Shown piece after piece: positions 29,395 through 37,885 of a DNA stretch of 64,000 nt. The notes beneath the pieces are model-generated. The model was not told the origin of the DNA. It searched no databases and was given only the letters and a program-made list of their open reading frames with translations. A program made the translations under genes and the position numbers. The DNA is from an uncultured Actinomycetota bacterium (GTDB lineage: Bacteria > Actinomycetota > Actinomycetes > Mycobacteriales > Micromonosporaceae): the NCBI GenBank assembly GCA_963836775.1, contig CAWIKR010000002.1, forward strand, positions 663,042 through 727,041, in the 5' to 3' direction. Position 1 is the stretch's first letter. Every line of letters starts with the position of its first letter.

Positions 29395-29631
29395 CGCGTG
29401 CCCGCGTCTCCCCCCGCCGCCGTTCGGCTCGCGCCGACCTCGCGCGGCTTCCACGTGCCGGCACGCCCCGCCGCCTCTCCGCGTGCCCCCGATCCCTTAC
29501 CGCACGCCCGCATTGGCGGCCGGTCCCGTGAACCTCGACCGCGACTTCGCGTGCCCGCACGCCCGACTGCCTCACCGCGTGCCCGCGTTCCCTTACCGAA
29601 CGCCCGCGTTGGCGGCGGGTCCCGTGAACCC
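29395..29631. repeat. Tandem repeat: two ~81-bp copies with 96-bp period (29455-29535 and 29551-29631) plus a degenerate leading copy
   Basis: GTGCC(G/C)GCACGCCC...CGCGTGCCC..CCCTTACCG.ACGCCCGC.TTGGCGGC.GGTCCCGTGAACC is repeated; CGCGTGCCCGC seeds at 29395, 29480, 29548 and 29576. Confidence 0.7.
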
Positions 29632-29650
29632 ACCCAGCCGGCGACTCGTT

Positions 29651-29717
29651 CCACTCCCGGATCTTGCGATGTTGGCGTGGCTATGGGCGGGCTCAACGTC
29701 GCAAGATCCAGGAGTGG
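29651..29717 (+). repeat. Family B palindromic repeat, extended hairpin
   Basis: CCACTCC-C-GGATCTTGCGATGTTG ...19-nt loop... CAACGTCGCAAGATCC-A-GGAGTGG. The loop GTGGCTATG is shared (inverted) with the copy at 16604-16651. Confidence 0.75.
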
Positions 29718-29854
29718 AGGTGGCTAGAAGGCGGCGCCGCAGGTCGGGCGGACTCAGCGGCGTCGCTGGCTACTTCGGCCGCCTTGCGAGATCCGACAGC
29801 CCGAGGGCGGCGGCGATCGCCGGGATGTCACCACGTTGATCAACACGACTATGG

Positions 29855-29894
29855 GGTTATCGCTGCTATGGATGCCGCCGTAGCAGCCATAACC
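29855..29894. repeat. Isolated 14-bp-stem hairpin between TGATCAAC (29837) and the family A element
   Basis: GGTTATCGCTGCTA - 12 nt - TAGCAGCCATAACC (13 of 14 paired). Confidence 0.5.
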
Positions 29895-29914
29895 CGGTAA
29901 TCGCGGGCGCCCGT

Positions 29915-29999
29915 TGATCAAGTGCGCCGCGAGGTGCAACATCCAGTGCTGTGGAGGTCGCTATCACGGCCCCAGTGCTCAAGATCGTGCACTTGATCA
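29915..29999. repeat. 85-bp repeat with TGATCAAGTGC terminal inverted repeats (family A, copy 2)
   Basis: See 11897-11981. It generates the look-alike pseudo-ORFs starting MIKCA.../MIKCTILS... on both strands at both loci. Confidence 0.75.
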
Positions 30000-30082
30000 T
30001 CGAGACTGGGGTGACGAACTGGGCGATTGGGAAACCCGGAGCCGATGGGCGATCACGTCTACCGCGGCCCGAGACCCGTTGA

Positions 30083-30415
30083 TCAGCGCTCGGGTGGCTC
30101 CACCGCGCGAAGCGACGCCATCGTGCTGAACCGCTGCGGGCCGGTGTGGCGCCGGCGCAGCTGACGGGGCGGCACGGCGGCCTCCGGCGCGTCCGCGCGC
30201 GGTGCCTTAGCCGTGCCCCGCGCCGCCGGGACCGACTTCGGCACCCGGGCCACGCCACGGGCCTGGTTGGCCCGGCGGAACGCCTTGCTGCGGCCAAAGA
30301 CGCTGGCGACCAAGTCATTGATCTTGACCAGGCCGGCCACCACCGCGGGCAGCACCAGGACCGACCACCAGTTCACCAACTCGGCCAGCGACAGCAGCAC
30401 CGCCAGCGCCACCAT
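30083..30415 (-). CDS. Possible small membrane protein downstream of holA (start uncertain)
   Basis: Two hydrophobic segments (MVALAVLLSLAELVNWWSVLVLPAVVAGLV) then a basic tail. Part of ORF 30083..30631, which overlaps holA; weak call. Confidence 0.3.
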   Translation of the reverse strand: MVALAVLLSLAELVNWWSVLVLPAVVAGLVKINDLVASVFGRSKAFRRANQARGVARVPKSVPAARGTAKAPRADAPEAAVPPRQLRRRHTGPQRFSTMASLRAVEPPER

Positions 30416-30528
30416 GCCTTCGAAAAGGAAGAAGCAGGCGACCCCACCGAGCTGCAGATAGTCCAGGCGAAGGAGGCGAGCGTAGACGGGGCGAGCCCGA
30501 TCCGGGCCGCGGTGTCGCCGGCCCCGGC

Positions 30529-31500
30529 TCACCGGTCGTCGCCTTGTTGCCGGGCCGCACTCATGGCGAACACCGCGCGCTCCAGGGCGTAGCCCCGATC
30601 GTCGGAACCACCCTTGACGTCGGCGTTGCACTGGGCGGTCGCCTGCATCGCCACTGCCAGCCCGGCCGCCGTCCAGCCGCGGGCCTGCCGTTGTGCCCGC
30701 TCGATCTTCCAGGCCGGCATGCCCAGAGAGGACGCCAGCTGGTACGCATTACCGCGCCCGGCCGAGGCGACCCGCGCCACGGTCCGCACGCCATCGGCGA
30801 GAGCGTCGGCGATCGGCACCGGGTCGACGCCGACATGCAGTGCCCACCGCAATGCTTCGAGCGCCGCCGGAACGTCGCCGACCATCGCCGCGTCCGCGAC
30901 CGCGAAGCCACTCGCCTCAGCACGGCCCCGGTAATAGCGCGCCACCGTCTCCGGCGTCACCTGGCCGTCGGTGTCGGCGACCAGTTGCGACACCGCCGCG
31001 GCCAAGTCCCGCAGCTCAGTGCCGACGGCGGCGATGAGAGCCTCGGCCGCGACATCGTTGCCCCGGCCACCGGCGCGCCGGAACTCGGCGGTGACGAAAT
31101 CCACCCGGTCTCGATGCCGGCTCAGCTTCGCCGCCGGAACCACAGTGGCACCGGCCGACTTCAGGCCGTCGGCCAGCGCCTTGCCCTTCGCGCCGCCCGC
31201 GTGCGTGACCACGAGAGTGACGTCCGGATCCGGCGCCTTGGCATAGTCGAGCACCGCGGCGATGAGATCCTTCTTGGAGTCCTGGCCGCTGTTCACCACG
31301 ATCACCCGGCGCCCACCGAACAGCGACGGGCTCAGCGACTCGGCAAGGTCTCCTGGGGTCGCGGCTCCGCCCTCGAACTCCCGGGTCTCGACCTCCGGAT
31401 CGCCACTCCGGGCGGCGATGATTATCGCCTCGACCGCACGCACGACGAGAAGTTCTTCGTCACCACTGATTAGGGTCAGTGCAGCGGATGCCGAGGTCAC
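30529..31500 (-). CDS. holA: DNA polymerase III subunit delta
   Basis: 323-aa ORF with HolA-like N-terminal pattern (LISGDEELL...FGGRRVIVV); conserved position next to comEC and rpsT (Rv2413c). Confidence 0.8.
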   Translation of the reverse strand: MTSASAALTLISGDEELLVVRAVEAIIIAARSGDPEVETREFEGGAATPGDLAESLSPSLFGGRRVIVVNSGQDSKKDLIAAVLDYAKAPDPDVTLVVTHAGGAKGKALADGLKSAGATVVPAAKLSRHRDRVDFVTAEFRRAGGRGNDVAAEALIAAVGTELRDLAAAVSQLVADTDGQVTPETVARYYRGRAEASGFAVADAAMVGDVPAALEALRWALHVGVDPVPIADALADGVRTVARVASAGRGNAYQLASSLGMPAWKIERAQRQARGWTAAGLAVAMQATAQCNADVKGGSDDRGYALERAVFAMSAARQQGDDR

Positions 31501-31609
31501 AACGACAATCCTCGCATGCCGGACGGCTCACGCGGAATCCCCGCGTTCGGCCGCGCGTGGCTACCGAACGCCGGTCGGATGTCCCCGGTAGGTCACTGTG
31601 ATGCGCCCA

Positions 31610-33880
31610 TCAATCGCGGCCACCGCGATATCGCCGCTCCTGATCGGTCCGCAGGACCCGGGCACCCGCGCCGGCGAGCCGCTGCAGCGTTGGCAGTGAC
31701 GGCAGTCCATACGAATTCCCAGCCCCGACCGACACCAGCACGACTCTCGGCCGGACTGCATCGAGGAACTGCGGGGACGAGTACGCGCTGCCGTGGTGCG
31801 GCTGTTTCAGGACATCGGCGCGTACCGCGTCCGGACCATCGGTCGCCAGAACCTCGGTCTGCTCCTCGATTTCCGCGTCACCCGTGAGGAGCACGCGGAT
31901 TCCGGCCTCGTCGGCACGCAGGATGAGCGAGTTGTTGTTCGGATCCGAACGCGTGCCGGTCACTCGGGTGATCGGACCCAGCACGGTCAATGTCAACGCG
32001 TTGACGGTGTAGACGGCACCGAGCGCCGGCACGGATATCGGGATCCGGTCGGCCTCCCGGAGCACCGCCGCGTAGCCCTCCGGCGGCTCGTCGAATGGCG
32101 AGACCAAGATCTGACCAACATGGCGTCCGTGCAGCACACCGACCAGACCGCCGACGTGGTCGGCGTGGAAATGAGTCAGCACCAGCAACGGAACCGCCGT
32201 GATACCGAGCCGGCGCAGGCACGCGTCGATCGGTGGCGGTTCGATGCCGGTGTCTACCACCACACCGGCGCCGCCACCGGTCGGCAGCACCAGGCCGTCG
32301 CCCTGACCCACATCGCACGCCACCACGATCGGATTCGCCGGCGGCCAGCCACCTGCGACGACGGTGACCGACGCCACCCCGACCAGCGCGGCAGCCGCGC
32401 CGACGGCGGCGACCACCCGAGCGGCCCGGCGCCGGAGCGCGACCGCGCCGACCAGCAACACGACAACCGCCGAGAGCGCGCCCCACCAGCCGGCGGCCCA
32501 CGGCACCTGGGCGTAGGGCGCCGCCGCCCCGTGTGTCGCCACCTCGATCAGCCAGCGAGCCGGCCAACTCGCCAGCCAGGCGACGAACGCGGCCGCACCT
32601 GGCCAGACCGCGGACAGCACCGCCGCGCTGACGCCGAGCACGGTGGCCACCGGCACCGCCGGCTCGGCCAGCAGGTTCGCTGGGACGGCAACGAGACTCA
32701 CCGTCCCGGCCAGCCCGGCAATCAGCGGGGTGCAGGCGACCTGAGCGGCACCGGCCACGGCCACCGAGTCGGCAAGGGGACCTGGCCACCGCCGCGCCCG
32801 CAACGCCTCGCGCCACCGTGGGGCGATCAGCAACAAGCCGGCAGTAGCGCAGACGGACAAGCCGAAGCCGATGTCGGCGGCGAGCGCCGGGTCGTAGACG
32901 AGCACGCCGCAGACTCCGGCGGCCAGGGCCGGAACCGCCGACCGGCCGCGCCCGGTAGCGAGCGCGATCAGGCCCAGCGCGCCGGTCGCGGCCGCTCGGA
33001 GCACGCTCGGTGACGGCCGGACCAGGATCACGAACCCGGTCAGCGCCAGCGCGCACACCACCGCAGTCGCCCGCGGACCGGCCCGGCACCACTGCGCGAC
33101 CAGCACCACGATGCCCAGCACCATCGCGACGTTGGCACCACTGACCGCGAGCAAGTGCGTCATCCCGGTCGCCCGAAACGATTCGGCGAGCGTCGGATCC
33201 AAGCGCGTGGTGTCGCCGTCGACCAGACCAGGCAGCAGGCCACGGACCGGATCCGGAAGGCCGGCGCAAGCACGCTGCAGTCCGGCGCGCAGGGTTCCGG
33301 CGGCGCGCTGGGTCCACGGCGGGCGGCCGAGCAACGTCGGGGCTGCGCTTGTCGACAGCAGAGCCGCCGACAGGTCACCGGGCTGCGGCGGTGCCAGGTG
33401 ACCCGAGACGCGTAAGCGTTGCCCGGGAAGGAGGTTGCCCCACGCGGGGTGGCTGGCGAGAACGAACAGGCGCACCGACACCGACGCGTGCGCCGTGCGG
33501 CTGTCGACGTCGGACGCGGACGCGTCGACGGCGAACGTGGCCGGTCCCACGCCGCCGCCGACCCGATGGGGGTCACCGGCGACGGTCAGCGTCATGGTGA
33601 CCGCGGCGCGATCCCGGGCCAGCCCGGCAATCGGCTCGGCATCGCGCAGGTAGGTGCGGCCGGCCGTCGCGGCGCCGCCGCAGACGATGCCGGCGAGCAC
33701 ACCGACGACCACCCAACGGGCGTCGCCGCGGCCGAGCCGTGAAGCCCCGACAGCAACCATCGCGAGCACCAGGGCAACCGCCGCGATCACCGCGCCGGAC
33801 GGCCAGCTCAGGCGAGCCACCACCAGGCACGCCACCCAGCAGCCGGCCGCGGTCCCGGCCAATCGCAGGTCTGGCTTCAC
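31610..33880 (-). CDS. comEC: ComEC/Rec2 family DNA internalization protein with metallo-beta-lactamase domain
   Basis: Polytopic N-terminal/competence domain and C-terminal LVLTHFHADHVGG MBL motif. Confidence 0.9.
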   Translation of the reverse strand: MKPDLRLAGTAAGCWVACLVVARLSWPSGAVIAAVALVLAMVAVGASRLGRGDARWVVVGVLAGIVCGGAATAGRTYLRDAEPIAGLARDRAAVTMTLTVAGDPHRVGGGVGPATFAVDASASDVDSRTAHASVSVRLFVLASHPAWGNLLPGQRLRVSGHLAPPQPGDLSAALLSTSAAPTLLGRPPWTQRAAGTLRAGLQRACAGLPDPVRGLLPGLVDGDTTRLDPTLAESFRATGMTHLLAVSGANVAMVLGIVVLVAQWCRAGPRATAVVCALALTGFVILVRPSPSVLRAAATGALGLIALATGRGRSAVPALAAGVCGVLVYDPALAADIGFGLSVCATAGLLLIAPRWREALRARRWPGPLADSVAVAGAAQVACTPLIAGLAGTVSLVAVPANLLAEPAVPVATVLGVSAAVLSAVWPGAAAFVAWLASWPARWLIEVATHGAAAPYAQVPWAAGWWGALSAVVVLLVGAVALRRRAARVVAAVGAAAALVGVASVTVVAGGWPPANPIVVACDVGQGDGLVLPTGGGAGVVVDTGIEPPPIDACLRRLGITAVPLLVLTHFHADHVGGLVGVLHGRHVGQILVSPFDEPPEGYAAVLREADRIPISVPALGAVYTVNALTLTVLGPITRVTGTRSDPNNNSLILRADEAGIRVLLTGDAEIEEQTEVLATDGPDAVRADVLKQPHHGSAYSSPQFLDAVRPRVVLVSVGAGNSYGLPSLPTLQRLAGAGARVLRTDQERRYRGGRD

Positions 33881-34911
33881 ACCGTCACCAGTTCCTTGAT
33901 CTCGGCGAACTTGGCATCCCCGATGCCGGAGACGCTTCGCAGCTCATCGACGCTGTGGAAGCTGCCGTGGGCGGTGCGGTAGTCGATGATGTGCTGCGCG
34001 AGTGACGGGCCGATGCCGGGCAGCGTGTCCAGGTCGGCAATGGTGGCGCTGTTGAGATCGATCGGGCCGGCGCCGACCCCGCCGGGTCCGGCGCTCGACG
34101 AGCCGCCGGCCGGGCCGGACTTCCCGATCACGATCAGCTGACCGTCGGCGACCTTCTGGGCCAGGTTGACCAGGGACAGATCGGTGCCCGGCAGCGCGCC
34201 ACCGGCCGCCGCGATGGCGTCGGCGACTCGCGCTCCGGGCGCAAGGCGCACCAGGCCCGGATGGCGTACGCGACCCTGCACTGCCACCACCAGCACCGGT
34301 GCCGGTCCGGCGGAGGTCGGGGCAGTGGCGCTCGACGGCACCGTGGCGGACGGTGCCAGCGGCTCCGGTGCCGGTCGCGACCGCCAGGCGAGATAGCCGG
34401 CGACCAGAGCCACCACCACGGCCACCGCGAGCAGCGGCTTGACGGCCCGGCGACCTGGGCTGAACGCCGCGAGCGAGTTCGCCAGCCGCGCGGGCGGCGG
34501 CTCGGCGTCCGGTGTCGACCACGCGCTCCGGACTCGGTCTCTCATGGCCGCCGGCGGCCACGGCTGGTCGAGCGGCAAGTCCGGTGAAAGCTGCGACACC
34601 GGTGAAAGCGGCGAGAGCTGCGACCCCGGCGAGAGCGGCGACGGCGGCGAGAGCGGCCGGTCGCCGGGCCGGCGCCCGCGCGGCGTCGGTGGCGACCAGT
34701 CCGCGCCGGGCGCCGACTCCGACGTGAGAGGCGATGCCAGCGATGCCGACACCAGCGACGACGGGGTCGGCAACGATGGCCGGGGCGGCGACAATGCCGG
34801 CAACGAAGGTTCCGACGGAGGGTCGGCTGGAGGCCGGCGGTCACCCGGCGTCAGCAGCGCCGAGAACCGGTCCTGGGCTTGGGGATCGGGCGGGTCGTCA
34901 CGGAATCGCAC
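33877..34911 (-). CDS. comEA: ComEA family helix-hairpin-helix DNA-binding protein with long Pro/Ser-rich N-terminal region
   Basis: C-terminal IDLNSATIADLDTLPGIGPSLAQHIIDYR...GIGDAKF HhH pair, SLBB-like VAVQGRVRHPGLV, single TM; 4-nt overlap with comEC. Confidence 0.85.
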   Translation of the reverse strand: MRFRDDPPDPQAQDRFSALLTPGDRRPPADPPSEPSLPALSPPRPSLPTPSSLVSASLASPLTSESAPGADWSPPTPRGRRPGDRPLSPPSPLSPGSQLSPLSPVSQLSPDLPLDQPWPPAAMRDRVRSAWSTPDAEPPPARLANSLAAFSPGRRAVKPLLAVAVVVALVAGYLAWRSRPAPEPLAPSATVPSSATAPTSAGPAPVLVVAVQGRVRHPGLVRLAPGARVADAIAAAGGALPGTDLSLVNLAQKVADGQLIVIGKSGPAGGSSSAGPGGVGAGPIDLNSATIADLDTLPGIGPSLAQHIIDYRTAHGSFHSVDELRSVSGIGDAKFAEIKELVTV

Positions 34912-34998
34912 GTCCGCACGCTAGGCACCGGCCGAACGCCGGGGCCACCGCGATCGATGCGATCTGTGGACAGCGAGGGTGGTTGTGGACAGCCGGAT

Positions 34999-35847
34999 TC
35001 AGAGTTTGTGCACCACAACTGAGACGAGGCCGGGTCCAACATGCGCGGCGACCGCGGCACCGATCTCGGTCACATAGGACTCCTTCACCGAGTCACCGAG
35101 ACGATCCAGCACGGTGGCCAGGATCTGATTCGCTCGATCAGCCGCCGAGAGGTGGTGCACGGCGATCTCCACTGGCGCATCCCCGGCCGCCTCGATCGCC
35201 AGATCAACCATCCGGGCCAGCGCCCGGCTGGCGGTGCGGACCTTGTCCTTGACCACGATCCCACCGTCGACGACGTGCAGAATCGGCTTCACCGAGAGCG
35301 CGGTGCCGAGCAGTGCCGATGCCGCGCCGATCCGGCCACCCCGGCGCAGATATTCCAGGCTGTCCACGTAGAACAACACCGTGGTGCGATCGATGCAGCT
35401 GGTGGCGGCTTCGCGTACCGCTGAGAGATCGTGACCGGCGGACGCGGCGTTGGCCGCGGACAGCGCCGCGAAGCCGAGCCCCATCCCGGCCGACCGGGAG
35501 TCGATCACCTCGATCGCCCCCGCGAAATCGGCGGCACCGAGGGCGGCGGCGTCGAAGGTGCCGGAGAGTTTGGCGGACAGGTGCACCGAGACGATGCCGT
35601 CGGCGCCCTCGTCCAGAAGCCGTTGATACGTCGCGGCGAACTCGGCCGGTGCCGGACGCGAGGTGGTGACCGAGACGCGGCGGCCGACCAGGGCGGCGGC
35701 CACGTCCGCGGGAGCCAGATCGATGCCCTCCAGGCCGTCTCGGCCGTCGATCGTGATGGTCAGCGGCACCACCGATAGCCGAGCGGTCTCGGCCAGACCC
35801 GGCGGCAGATATGCCGTCGAGTCGGTGACCACCGCTATACGCCCCAT
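34999..35847 (-). CDS. DegV family fatty-acid-binding protein
   Basis: IAVVTDSTAYLP N-terminus and overall DegV pattern; Rv2417c position. Confidence 0.9.
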   Translation of the reverse strand: MGRIAVVTDSTAYLPPGLAETARLSVVPLTITIDGRDGLEGIDLAPADVAAALVGRRVSVTTSRPAPAEFAATYQRLLDEGADGIVSVHLSAKLSGTFDAAALGAADFAGAIEVIDSRSAGMGLGFAALSAANAASAGHDLSAVREAATSCIDRTTVLFYVDSLEYLRRGGRIGAASALLGTALSVKPILHVVDGGIVVKDKVRTASRALARMVDLAIEAAGDAPVEIAVHHLSAADRANQILATVLDRLGDSVKESYVTEIGAAVAAHVGPGLVSVVVHKL

Positions 35848-35903
35848 AGCGGCACGGTAACCGATTCGTAGCGATCGTGGTCAGACGACCTCCGCGGCGG
35901 CGC

Positions 35904-36516
35904 TCAGCGCGGCCGCGGAATGCCCACGTTATAGCTGCGCAGGGTCCAGCCGTGCCGGTCATCGTTGGCCAGCTCGCTCCAGTGGCAATTGCGCAGCACC
36001 TGGAACCTCGCGACCTCATCATGGGACCAGCCGAACAGGGTGCCGATCCCGTAGCGCGCGGCGCCCGCCGTGGGTCACCGCGACGACGGTGCCGCCAGGC
36101 GCTCGGTCAAGCGCCTCGGTCAGGCCCGTCGCCACCCGCTTGCCGAGATCATCGAGCTCCTCGATGTCGCAGCCGGTCACCTGCTCGGCCCGCAGCCAGC
36201 GCTGGAATTCGTCGGGAAACGCGGCTTCCACCTCGGCCCGGGTGCGCCCCTGCCAGGCGCCGAAGTGCCGCTCGCGAAGCCGCGGATCAGGGTGCACCAC
36301 CAGCCCGGTCGCGGCGGCCAGCGCGGCCGCGGTCGCTGCTGTCCGGCTGAGATCACTGGAGACGATGGCGTCCGGACTCTCGGCCGCCAGCATCGCCGCG
36401 GCGGCGGTTGCCTGAGCTTCGCCGACGGCGTCCAGATGGGTGTCGGTCTGGCCTTGAAATCGCTTAGCGGTGTTCCACTCGGTCTGACCGTGGCGCCAGA
36501 TGATCAGCCGCGTCAC
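35904..36516 (-). pseudogene. Histidine phosphatase (phosphoglycerate mutase-like; Rv2419c/GpgP position), apparent 1-nt insertion near 36061-36066
   Basis: RLIIWRHGQTEWN catalytic motif; reading is in frame to VAVTHGG. The conserved C-terminus AARYGIGTLFGWSHDEVARFQVLRNCHWSELANDDRHGWTLRSYNVG is in another frame and ends at 35904. GTG start overlaps the rsfS TGA. Confidence 0.8.
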
Positions 36517-36983
36517 GCCGGCTCGCTGGCGGCCTGGCCGGCCAGCGCGCGGTCGACGAACGGAATCCGCTCGCAGTCCTTCCACAACCGGTCCAGCGCG
36601 TAGAACTCGCGCTCTTCGGAGTGCTGGATGTGCACGACGATGTCGACGTAGTCCAGAAGCACCCAGCGGCCGGCCCGCTCGCCCTCGCGGCGCACCGGTT
36701 TCGCCTTCTCCGGGAGCGCCAGCAGGGCCTCCTCGACGGCATCCACGATCGCGATCACCTGACGCTCGTTGGGCGCCGAGGCGACCACGAAGATGTCGGT
36801 GATCGCAAGCTGATCACCGACGTCGAGGAGGACGATGTCTTCGGCCTTCTTGTCCGCTGCCGCTTGGGCCGCGGCCAGGGCCAGTTCAATCGCGCGCTCG
36901 GATGCGGTCACCTGGTTCCTTCCATCGTCGCCGTATCCATTGATCGATTCGCTGCCGGAGTCTCGGATCATCACCCGAGCCAC
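36513..36983 (-). CDS. rsfS: Ribosome silencing factor RsfS
   Basis: DIVLLDVGDQLAITDIFVVASAPNERQV...WVLLDYVDIVVHI; between nadD and the phosphatase, as in mycobacteria. Confidence 0.9.
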   Translation of the reverse strand: MARVMIRDSGSESINGYGDDGRNQVTASERAIELALAAAQAAADKKAEDIVLLDVGDQLAITDIFVVASAPNERQVIAIVDAVEEALLALPEKAKPVRREGERAGRWVLLDYVDIVVHIQHSEEREFYALDRLWKDCERIPFVDRALAGQAASEPA

Positions 36984-37013
36984 CGCTGCCTCATCGGTCC
37001 GGTTTTCAGCCTC

Positions 37014-37685
37014 TCACAACCGGCCGACATCGGACCCCGGCGAAGCCGGTTCCTGGTGGGTTTTGGAGTCTTTTCGATACAAATGCCTCTTCGCGATGTA
37101 TTGCACGACACCGTCCGGCACCAAATACCAGACCGGATGCCCCCGAGCCACCCGCTCTCGGCACGCCGTCGACGAAATCGCCATGGCCGGCACCTCGACC
37201 AGACTGACTGCGTCATCCGGCAAGTGGTCATCGGAGAGGACATAGCCGGGCCGGGTCACGCCGACGAAGTGGGCCAGCTTGAAGATCCGGTCCGAGTCCT
37301 TCCAGGACAAGATCTTCTCCAGCGCATCGGCGCCGGTGATGAAGAACAGCTGGGCATCCGGGCCGTACATGTCGGCGACTTCGTTGAGCGTGTCGACGGT
37401 ATAAGTCGGTCCGCTCCGATCGATGTCCACCCGGCTGACCGCGAACCGCGGATTGGAGGCGGTCGCGATCACCGTCATCAGATAGCGGTCCTCGGCCGAT
37501 GCCACCTCCGACGCATCCTTCTGCCAGGGCTGGCCGGTCGGCACGAAGACCACCTCGTCCAGCGCGAACAGATCGGCGACCTCGCTGGCCGCGACGAGGT
37601 GTCCGTGGTGGATCGGGTCGAAGGTGCCGCCCATGATGCCGATGCGGCGAGGGCCGGCTTGATCGGATTCCGGTGTCATTGACAC
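37014..37685 (-). CDS. nadD: Nicotinate-nucleotide adenylyltransferase
   Basis: [14 protein letters not shown] motif; GTG at 37685 or ATG at 37679. Confidence 0.93.
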   Translation of the reverse strand: MSMTPESDQAGPRRIGIMGGTFDPIHHGHLVAASEVADLFALDEVVFVPTGQPWQKDASEVASAEDRYLMTVIATASNPRFAVSRVDIDRSGPTYTVDTLNEVADMYGPDAQLFFITGADALEKILSWKDSDRIFKLAHFVGVTRPGYVLSDDHLPDDAVSLVEVPAMAISSTACRERVARGHPVWYLVPDGVVQYIAKRHLYRKDSKTHQEPASPGSDVGRL

Positions 37686-37716
37686 TCATGGTAGGCGGTG
37701 CACTTCGAACGAGATT

Positions 37717-37885
37717 CACAATCCCGGTCGACCGCGACAACGTGGCGCGGGCACGCAATCCCGGTCGAGCCCGACCAACCGCCGCCGCGGCGCGCAATCC
37801 CGGTCGAGCCCGACCAACCGCTGCCGCGGCTCGCAATCCCGGTCGAGCCTGACAGCCGGCGTGGCTCACAATCCGGGGACCGGCG
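37717..37885. repeat. 39-bp-period minisatellite, about 4.3 copies
   Basis: Units start near 37717, 37755, 37794 and 37833, with a partial unit at 37869. Consensus GCAATCCCGGTCGAGCCCGACCAACCGC(C/T)GCCGCGGC(G/T)C. The last unit contains the PaaK-like stop codon. Confidence 0.85.

Noticed and set aside
29395-29631. Tandem repeats here and at 37717..37885 considered as CRISPR arrays
   Set aside because: The units are directly adjacent, with no unique spacers of regular length. The periods (96 bp and 39 bp) and GC-rich non-palindromic units do not fit CRISPR, and no cas genes are in the window.
33877-34911. Pro/Ser-rich repeats (SPLSPGSQLSPLSPVSQLSP) in ComEA, and acidic/Arg-rich tracts in RNase E (48748..51591), considered as unusual features
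   Set aside because: Low-complexity linkers of this kind are common in actinobacterial ComEA and RNase E scaffolding regions. Nothing indicates a separate element.
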